Source: Octopus sinensis (Eukaryota). Taken from it: a stretch of DNA of 64,000 bases. Of this stretch, positions 55,188 through 64,000 are shown piece after piece. The notes beneath the pieces were generated by a model. The model searched no databases. It saw only the letters and a list, made by a program, of their open reading frames with translations, and was not told where the DNA came from. Numbering within the stretch: position 1 is the first letter of the stretch; the number at the start of each line of letters is the position of its first letter. The translations under genes and the position numbers were made by a program. The stretch is from the NCBI RefSeq assembly GCF_006345805.1, contig NW_021835462.1:1-64000 (forward strand), read 5' to 3'.

Positions 55188-55630
55188 ATGTATGAGTGTG
55201 TATGTATGTATTTATGTATGTATGTGTGTGTGTATGTATGCATGTATGTATGTGTGTGTGAATGTATGTATGTATGTATTTATGTATGTATGTATGTATG
55301 TATTTATGTATGTATGTATGTATTTATGTATGTATGTATGTATGTGTGTGTATGTATGTATGTATGTGTGAATGTATGTATGTATGTATTTATGTATGTA
55401 TGTATGTATGTATTTATGTATGTATGTATGTGTATGTATGTATGTATGTATGTATTTATATATGTATGTACGGATGTACGTATGTATGTATGTATGTATG
55501 CATGTATGCACGTATGTATGAATGTATGTATGTGTGTATGTATTTATGTATATATGTATGTGTATGTGTGCGTGTGTGCATGCATTCATGTATGTATCTA
55601 TGTCGTTATGCATGTGTGCATGTGTGTACA
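55188..55630. repeat. Degenerate (TATG)n microsatellite
   Basis: Seen directly. Similar tracts lie at about 14960-15120, 16830-16935, 20975-21127 and 37305-37382. Confidence 0.95.
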
Positions 55631-56213
55631 GATAGCTATGTAATGAATATACGTTTAGTATTAATTTACGTCTCACAGGCGGTGTGCAGAAAGAATCGCT
55701 ATCACGCCGGACGAAAATTCTTCGTGACATTTTCTCTCTGGCATTACACTCTGAGTTCAAATCCTTTCCAATATACCTGTCATCCTTTCGGTGACAATAA
55801 ATCAAAAACAGCCAAATCGAAGCAATCCCCTACCACAATTCTCTACAACTGTTGGTCTCCTGCCAAAATTTGAAAATCCCAGTTTGCTCATCTGTTATGT
55901 TAGCTAACTGCCTCTCTATATGGTTGTTTGTCTGTGTGTCTCTAGCTAACAGCCCATTCACCTGTCTGTCTACTTAGCTAATTATCTGTCTATGTATCTG
56001 TCTCCCCACGAAATTTCTTGAAATCCGCCATTTAACATTTTCTGCATTAAATGTCATCGGTAATATACATTTCAAGATGAATTTACCTGTAAGAATAACA
56101 TGTATTTTAGCAAAACGCAACATTTTCAAACACTTTAATAGCAATAAATTACCAGGTAACTCGTATTTTATTTCAGGTGGGCTTGAACTCACGTAAAATC
56201 AGACCATTTTGGA

Positions 56214-56543
56214 GATCGATTAAATGACGTAACGGTTCGCCAAACGAAATCGATAAAATGACTTAACGGTTCGACAAACGAGATCGATAAAATGACCTAG
56301 CGGTTCGCAAAACGAGATCGATAAAATCACATAACGGTTTGACATTCGAGATCGATAAAATGAACTGGCAGTTCGCCAAACAAGATCGATAAAATGACTT
56401 AGCGCTTCGACAAACGTTATCGATAAAATGGAATAGCGGTTCGCCATACGAGATCGATAAAATGACTTAGCGCTTCGACAAACGTTATCGATAAAATGAA
56501 TAGCGGTTCGCCAAGACCGAGTCAAACCCGGCTTAGCTGCTAG
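56214..56543 (+). repeat. 34-bp minisatellite (nine units) ending in a Helitron-like 3' terminus
   Basis: Unit starts at 56214, 56248, 56282, 56316, 56350, 56384, 56418, 56452 and 56486, each with ATCGAT. The array is followed by an imperfect hairpin (ccgagtcaaacccgg) and CTAG at 56540-56543. Confidence 0.85.
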
Positions 56544-56606
56544 TATATACATATATAATATATATATATATATAGATATATATATTATATATATATATAT
56601 ATATAT

Positions 56607-56658
<52 letters not shown>

Positions 56659-56692
56659 TATATATATATATTTATACAAATATATTTATATG

Positions 56693-56770
<78 letters not shown>

Positions 56771-56773
56771 ATA

Positions 56774-57070
<297 letters not shown>

Positions 57071-57254
57071 AATAAATATATCTTCAAACACATATTCATG
57101 TGTATGTGTGTGACGCGTAATGTAGCCTAACTTACGCAACTAATAACACAGATTACGAAACAACTGTTAACTAAAAGAATAAACATATCTTTATTCTGTT
57201 ACTAATATCCAGTCAATATATTTCAATATATGTGTATGTATGCGTCTCCTTTTG

Positions 57255-57445
57255 CTTATGATTGTTCCCCCTTGACAACAGGTGTTAGTTTTGTTTACGT
57301 CCTCATAAGTCAAGAGAGTCCGAGACTATACTTAAAAAAAATATACTGGAGTCGATAAATTTAATTAAAATCCTTCAAGGTGGTGCTGCAACGTGGCCGC
57401 AGTCCAATGACTGAGACGAATGGAAACTAAAAGATAAAGATAATA
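57255..57445 (+). mobile_element. Degenerate 3' half of the OR2-like SINE
   Basis: ttgacaacaggtgttagttttgtttacgtcc...tggccgcagtccaatgactgagac...aaagataaaagat. Confidence 0.6.
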
Positions 57446-59459
57446 CTCAGGCTTGTTGATCAGTGATTTACTTCAAACAGCCAGCCTGGAGACCAAACGC
57501 TGTTTAAAGTTTTGCATAAAGTCACAGATATGTAGGAAGGTTTATAGATGTATGGCTCACGTGTTCTTTTCGCAATAATGCCATTTTGCCGTTGATTCCA
57601 CTGCACATGACTGACCTTCGTCAGGTGTCGTTGGAAGTAAGAGAGAATATGCGAGGAAACTTGGAAGAATGGTAGAGTTAAGACTTTTGTAGAGATTAGA
57701 ACTACCACACTAAAAGAACTCCAGAGGAACCCTTCACCCCCACGCAGGCTGCAAGCATAGCTACAGGTCCGCAGTATGAATTTAACTTCAAGCCACCCGA
57801 TTGACAGACACTTGGATGATTGGAAGGGTTGTTAACTAAATCATGAGCAAGTAGAACATAATCTGCTCGTGATCTCGTATTTATTTTATCAACAAACATT
57901 AAAGGCAAAGTGAACGTTGGTTAGGTTTGAAAGAAGGTAACTAAATGCCATATGGCCTTTAATCCAGCTCTCAACCCTTCTTCTGCTGCTCCGCCCAAAT
58001 CTGTTATAAATAATTAAAATAATATTTGATATTGTTCATATCGTTTCTCTTATCCAACATTGACAAAACGTTACGTACAACAGCCCCTTCATATTCTTAT
58101 CATTTTCCCCTCCTTTAATTAACTTCCTCAGTAATTCCCATTTAATCATTCAGTATTGTTCTAAGGAAGAATGTTTCATATAGTCTTACAGCAAATGGTT
58201 TTTATTTTCTCTTACTTTCATGTTCGTTTAATCTTTAACCCCACAACTTCGTACTTTACTTCTGATCTAGCATCATAAAAGGAAGCCTCTAAGAGGACTT
58301 AAGTAGTTATAGCTCATACTACAAATAATATATTTAGGAGTTCTTTTTAGTTGTCTTCACAATCAAGCAGTGAGTGCTTTCACAAATAGAAAGCCCTTGA
58401 TCGCCGCAGCGAGACCATCACCTCGAGTTCTCCAAATCTACAAACATTTCCCTCTTGTCTATTATACTTCCCCATCAAACACATATTTGCCAAGAAATGC
58501 CAGGTTTTGTCGCCTTGTTTATAGTCATCGCAGACATACTAAATATAGATTCGCTTTTTATTATGAAATTCAGCAGAGAAATCTAAACACAGCAAACTGG
58601 ATTTTGATTTAAGGAAAAATTAATTATAAACTTGAAACGATGCAACTGTGTAAATGATTTTTATGCCAAGAGGTACCGTTTGGGCGGAAAACTGACAGTC
58701 GTCAGAGAGGTCAACAGAATAGTTTGCGGCTTTTGTTCCGGCTCTCTTCGTTTCGAGTTCAAATCCTGCTGAAGTCAATTTTGCTTTTCATCTTTCCATA
58801 AAACATAATAGCGATCCAATGCGCTGGACTGGCAGAACTGTAAGAACATCATAACGGTTACCGTGTGGTGTTTGCCCCGGCTCTTAACCTTCTGATTTCA
58901 AATCCTGCCAAGGTCTACTTGGACAGTAGTATTATCTCGTTGCCCTATCACGTTGATTTAAACTATCATTAACCCTAAGCCTAAAAATGACCTCCAACCC
59001 TAAATACTAAACTACAACTATATACCTTCCTCTAATTCTCTTAGTTGCCATTGAAGCATATAAAAATGACGAATTCTGGGTTTCCGTATTGTCAACAATG
59101 GGTGGATCTGATTGACTGGTTAAGATTATAATCTGTAAAGATTCGTGACTTTTTCTTTTTAATGATTTCTCAAAAAGAAAAAAATAAATCGCAGTGATAT
59201 TCATAATTGACATGAAAAGCTAAATTTGTATCGAAATACAATAAAACGTAGACCGTCCTTCAAACAGAAAAAATTCAATAGTTTTCTTCTGACTCAAATT
59301 AACTTTAACATTTTTCTATACATTTTTGTGAAGTGTCACTCGTAAATATTTTTCGAATGTACTGCGAGTTCAAAATGTTTGGGAATCAATACGGAAGACC
59401 AAATCTATATTCACAGGATCACGGTACCGGCCAGACCATCAAATGATGTTATATACCGC

Positions 59460-59580
59460 TAATCACAATGCGCTTCCAATTCTCTCTTGATTGCGCCATA
59501 CTTTTTCACCTTGACCCAAATTGCTTAATTAAATCGTCTTCCCATCACCGTGGAGGCCTTCCAAGTGGCCTTTTCTGATC
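59460..59580 (-). mobile_element. RTE-clade LINE C-terminal remnant
   Basis: The minus strand reads KRPLGRPPR*WEDDLIKQFGSR*KSMAQSRENWKRI, matching the RTE-type 'RxRGRPxxRWxD...W...AQDRxxW' ending. Confidence 0.55.
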
Positions 59581-60367
59581 TTTTTTATTCTGTATTCAAA
59601 TCTGAAATACAAAGAACTTAATTCTAACTCCGCCTTCTTTCGACTGATTTTTAAAAAATGTCGCATATTTTTTACAATGAATAAAAGATGACTCGTACAG
59701 AGCCAAGTCGCTTTTTATTTATTTATTTATTTATTTATTTATTTGTGGCAGCGCCGTATGGTAACTAAACAACAGCCCCTTATAATCTATTCAAGAAACT
59801 GGATTCCCCTTTGATTTCACTTTGATTCGAAACTGTTGTGTATTATCTTACCATTGTCTCGGTTTATCTTTTTCTTACTCCCTTTCTTTGTTTCTTACTC
59901 TTTTTTTCGTTTTCTTTCTTTTTCTTTTGCTGCTGTCTTTAATGCATACCATATTCTTGTCGATTTGAATCATTGACATAACTCAACAGTTTCTGCCAGG
60001 TTCCTTCAAAAGAACCGTTTTAAAACTGCCATTCCAGAATTCATTACTAAAATGTTTAAAAAAAATTAAGAAATTAATTTGAAAACCACACCGTTCCAAT
60101 ATATTGTGGAATTTATATATTTTTATATTTCTTCGTTCTGCCTTTAGTTTTATATTCCTTTTTATGCAACAACACTCTGCTTGTCTTTGAAACTCTTCAT
60201 ACAGCTTCGTTTTTATGCGTCCTCTCTACCACTTGTCAGACGGTCTCTCTATTTCTCTCTTAGAACTCCAGACATCTCCAAAACTAGATCTTTGAAACTT
60301 CACATACGACTTCAACTCCATACTTCGTCTGCGCCACATTTAACTGCTCTCCACGTCTATATTAGAT

Positions 60368-60757
60368 CTCTTTCTTTCTCCGTCGGTTACGACGACGAGG
60401 GTTCCGGTTGATCCGAATCAACGGAACAGCCTGCTCGTGAAATTAACGTGTAAGTGGCTGAGCACTCCACAGACACGTGTACCCTTAACGTAGTTCTCGG
60501 GGATATTCAGCGTGACACAGAGAGTGACAAGGCCGGCCCTTTGAAATACAGGTACAACAGAAACAGGAAGTAAGAGTGAGAGAAAGTTGTGGTGAAAGAG
60601 TACAGCAGGGATCACCACCAACCATCCCTGCCGGAGCCTCGTGGAGCATTTTAGGTGTTTTCGCTCAATAAATACTCACAACGCCTGGTCTGGGAATCGA
60701 AACAGCGATCTCACGACCGCGAGTCCGCTGCCTTAACCACTGGGCCATTGCACCTCC
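60368..60757 (-). mobile_element. SINE family C (OR1-like head), tail type 2, with a 9-bp target-site duplication
   Basis: Flanked by atattagat at 60359-60367 and 60758-60766. The head is the reverse complement of the 19010 head. Confidence 0.88.
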
Positions 60758-61206
60758 ATATTAGATGTCCTGACATCTAAAACATAGATTACTCACTCTC
60801 TATAGCAACATCAACATGTCCTCACATATTTCCTTCATTATATTAACCTCTCCTAGATTGATGGTTTCCTTTTATCAGTCAAAGCGGTCTTTCTAGAAAA
60901 CAGACGACTTCACTAGGCTATGCCATAAATTTACAGTCGGGCTTTTTAAAAGATTCATTGATATATTTTACTTTAATATTGTCAATGCTTTCTCCCCACC
61001 AACCTCCCTCTCTTTCTCTCTTTCTCTTTCATCGTGCTTCTCTCATATATCTTGTCTTTCTTATAGGATTCATAAGTTGCTTGTCATCACACACATATAT
61101 ATATACATTTACAAATATATATATATGTGTGTGTGTGTGTGCATATATACATATATAATATATATATATATATATACGCACATACACACATATATACATA
61201 CATATA

Positions 61207-61252
<46 letters not shown>

Positions 61253-61569
61253 TATACATTTGCAAATATATATGTGTGTGTGTGTGTGCATATATACATA
61301 TATAATACATATATATATAATATATATACATATTACATATATACATATATACATATATATTCATATATATATATATATACATACATATATACATATACAC
61401 ACATATATACATACATATACACACACACATATATACATACATATATTCATATATATATATATATATATATACAATATATATACATATTATGTATATATAT
61501 ATTATATTTATGTTTATATATATATGTATGTACATATATAGATTTATATGTTATGTAAGTATCTATATA

Positions 61570-61601
<32 letters not shown>

Positions 61602-61782
61602 TATATATATGTATGTATGTGTATGTATGTATGCATGTATATTGATAGATAGAAAGGTACATACATAAATACAAACACGCATACATACATACATACATAT
61701 TCGAGTGTGTATGCTCTCACAGAGCATACACTATATATGCAGCAGACACAAGACTGACAACGCATATATATAAATAAGGATA

Positions 61783-62018
61783 CCTATTTCTTTATTATCC
61801 ACAAGGGACTAAACACAGAGGGGACAAACAAGGACAGACATAGGTATTAAGTCGATTATATCGACCCCTGTGCGTAACTGGTACTTAACTTATCGACCCC
61901 GAAAGGATGAAAGGCAAAGTCGACCTAGGCGGAATTCGAACTCACAACGTAACGACAGACGAATTACGGCTACCCATTTCGCCTGGCGTGCTAACGTTTC
62001 TGCCAGCTCGCCGCCTTT
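61783..62018 (-). mobile_element. SINE family B copy
   Basis: Full reverse-complement consensus match. Confidence 0.87.
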
Positions 62019-62351
62019 ATATATAAATAAAGATACCGACAGACGGACAGATAGAAAAAAGAGAGAAGCAGAGAGAGAGAAGGGGGGGAGAAAGAGAAAA
62101 CCTTTGAGGTTTTATCAATTCGGCTTCTGGGTTATCGGGTTGGGGTCTAAGACGTGAGTTGCAATAAAACCTGTTGCAAATACGCGAACAGTACTCAAAG
62201 CTGAATCACAGTTGAGCTTTATAGAGGGTATGTACCCGAACAAATTGATATTCTAACTCTTTCAGGATGGAGAAATGGTGTGATACAGACTGTACAGATC
62301 TTTATTTCATCATTGATGTACGTACATGCGTTGGTACAAACGTGTGCAAAA

Positions 62352-62675
62352 GTAAAGACGCCCTTCGGTCATGAATGACCATGGGATTGCACTTAGAATG
62401 TGAATGTTCCCCCCTCCGAGGCACAAATCAGAGCAAGGCTGTTTATGGAAGACCAGCGGTCACCCATGCATTTCAGCCCCGCCTCTCCACGACACCGATG
62501 TTATCCAAAGAAAAAGCGAACACCGAAAAAGGCTTGGCACCAGCGACGTTGCAACTCGTTTCTACAGCTGAGTGAACTGGAGCAACGTAAAATAAAGTGT
62601 CTTCAAGATCACAATACACAGCCTGATCCGGGAATCGAACTCACTACGCTTTAACCACTGAGCCATGCCACTTCA
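62352..62675 (-). mobile_element. SINE family D head with a third tail type
   Basis: Core ctacagctgagtgaactggagcaacgtaaaataaagtgtcttcaagatcacaat (plus strand) is shared with 21983 and 54848 copies. The tail ending atcccatggtcattcatgaccgaaggg (minus strand) is different. Confidence 0.7.
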
Positions 62676-62715
62676 CACGTACGTGTATCTGTATGTATGT
62701 ATGTATGTATGTATG

Positions 62716-62915
62716 TTGCGTGTGTATCCTTGGCGATTTTCTTTCTCCGTCTTCCCTTCTTTGGACTTTTTCTATATTTCTGATGAAGAGCTCCACTCGA
62801 AACGTGAAATCCTCTTTCTTTTCTTTCCTTTCCTAAGCGTCCAACAACACAGTACTTATTCCACGTCCTCGCGTTGTTTTTTCTGGCATGTTCTTGCTTG
62901 GATTGACTATACACA
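62716..62915 (+). repeat. Interspersed repeat with a hammerhead-like motif, copy 2
   Basis: Contains attt-ctgatga-a-gag ctcca ctc-gaaa-cg-t-g-aaat at 62776-62810. Homologous to 56896-57070. Confidence 0.75.
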
Positions 62916-63236
62916 ACCACACACAACCAAAACACATACACGCAGAGATATAAGATATGATATATAAATATATATATGTATATATATATATTATATATAT
63001 ATATTATATATATATATATATATATTCATATTCATCACAAACAATATGGACAAAATAATTTATCTTAGAAAAAATATTATTCAAATAAGTAAAACATAAT
63101 ATCATGAATAGCATTAGCGAAACCGGTCGATATATTAAAAATTATATTAAAACTATATAAGTGTGCGTATTTTCATTTTTTAATTTCTTATATATATATG
63201 TGTGTGTGTGTGTATGCGTGTGTGTGTGTGTGTGTA

Positions 63237-63273
<37 letters not shown>

Positions 63274-63653
63274 ATGCACGTATGTACATTTTTACTTTCT
63301 TCACCCGAAACGTCGTGCAATCGTTTAGTGATATTGATATATTGTTTATAACAAACGTAACATTCAGCAATGGACGGGTTGTATTGATGAATTGAAATAA
63401 TTCTAGGGATATGTAATAAAGCCTCTTCAGTCCGTTCCCTATTTATTATTTATTAAAAATTCTACGGATATCTGCAGATTTTCACGTGTATATCCAGTGA
63501 CTGATGAAGTCCCATTGTGTGATATCATTTGCTAGCCGAAACCTGGAGAGGTGCTTTGGACAGCACACTATAAAGTTTTTACCATGAATATATTAAATTA
63601 TTTAACTAGCTACTTATATGCATCTCCATATACATATATATGTATATGGAGAT

Positions 63654-63823
63654 GTATGTATGTATGTATGTATGTATGTATGTATGTATGTATGTATGTA
63701 TGTATGTATGTATGTATGTATGTATGTACGTATGTATGTATGTATGTATGTATGTATGTATGTAGGTAGGTAGGTAGGTAGGTAGGTAGGTAGGTAGGTA
63801 GGTAGGTAGGTAGGTAGGTAGGT
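63654..63823. repeat. Compound (TATG)n-(TAGG)n microsatellite
   Basis: Abrupt switch from TATG to TAGG at about 63762. Confidence 0.95.
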
Positions 63824-64000
63824 ATAACTATTAACAAGTAAACTTTTGCCAAGCGAGATATATGGTGATAATAACGACCATCATTTAGAGAGATTTCAGG
63901 CTCGTCTGAATGTTTGGGATGCTTAGCAAAGATGTAGTGCTTGAATGTTTTCGCTGTTCAAAGAGGCCAAGATTGTCGTGTCCTTACTAGACGATGCTCT

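Noticed and set aside
56214-56515. CRISPR-like 34-bp periodic repeat
   Set aside because: Contiguous units with no unique spacers; it is a minisatellite.
63494-63548. CUGAUGA...GAAA spacing resembling a hammerhead
   Set aside because: Helix II does not pair and no U-H cleavage site follows GAAA; at best a heavily decayed relic.

Overview
Eukaryotic, AT-rich, repeat-saturated DNA with no host protein-coding exon that I can support. The SINE families and very high microsatellite density suggest an octopod cephalopod intergenic or intronic region; this is inferred from recalled repeat families, not from a search. Almost all six-frame ORFs are translations of microsatellites. The window holds dozens of tRNA-derived SINEs in at least four modular families, two CR1-like LINE fragments, a short RTE remnant, R4/Dong-clade retrotransposon pieces tied to (TAA)n, a Penelope-like ORF remnant, two mariner remnants, several MITE- or Helitron-like elements, and mini- and microsatellites. 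The standout is 26769-27764: a ~356-bp unit present as two direct copies plus one inverted copy. Each copy carries a minimal type I hammerhead ribozyme motif with a compensatory U3-A8 core pair and a palindromic ACGCGU helix III. This is the architecture of a non-LTR retrozyme or Penelope pseudo-LTR that could yield a ~355-nt self-cleaved, possibly circular RNA. Further hammerhead-like motifs from other repeat families lie elsewhere in the window. A second highlight is a ~4.6-kb (ATT)n tract next to five near-identical, similarly truncated R4/Dong 3' ends forming a nascent higher-order satellite. Indel patterns in some repeats resemble uncorrected long-read error, so base-level details need read-level confirmation. 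Boundaries of decayed elements are approximate.
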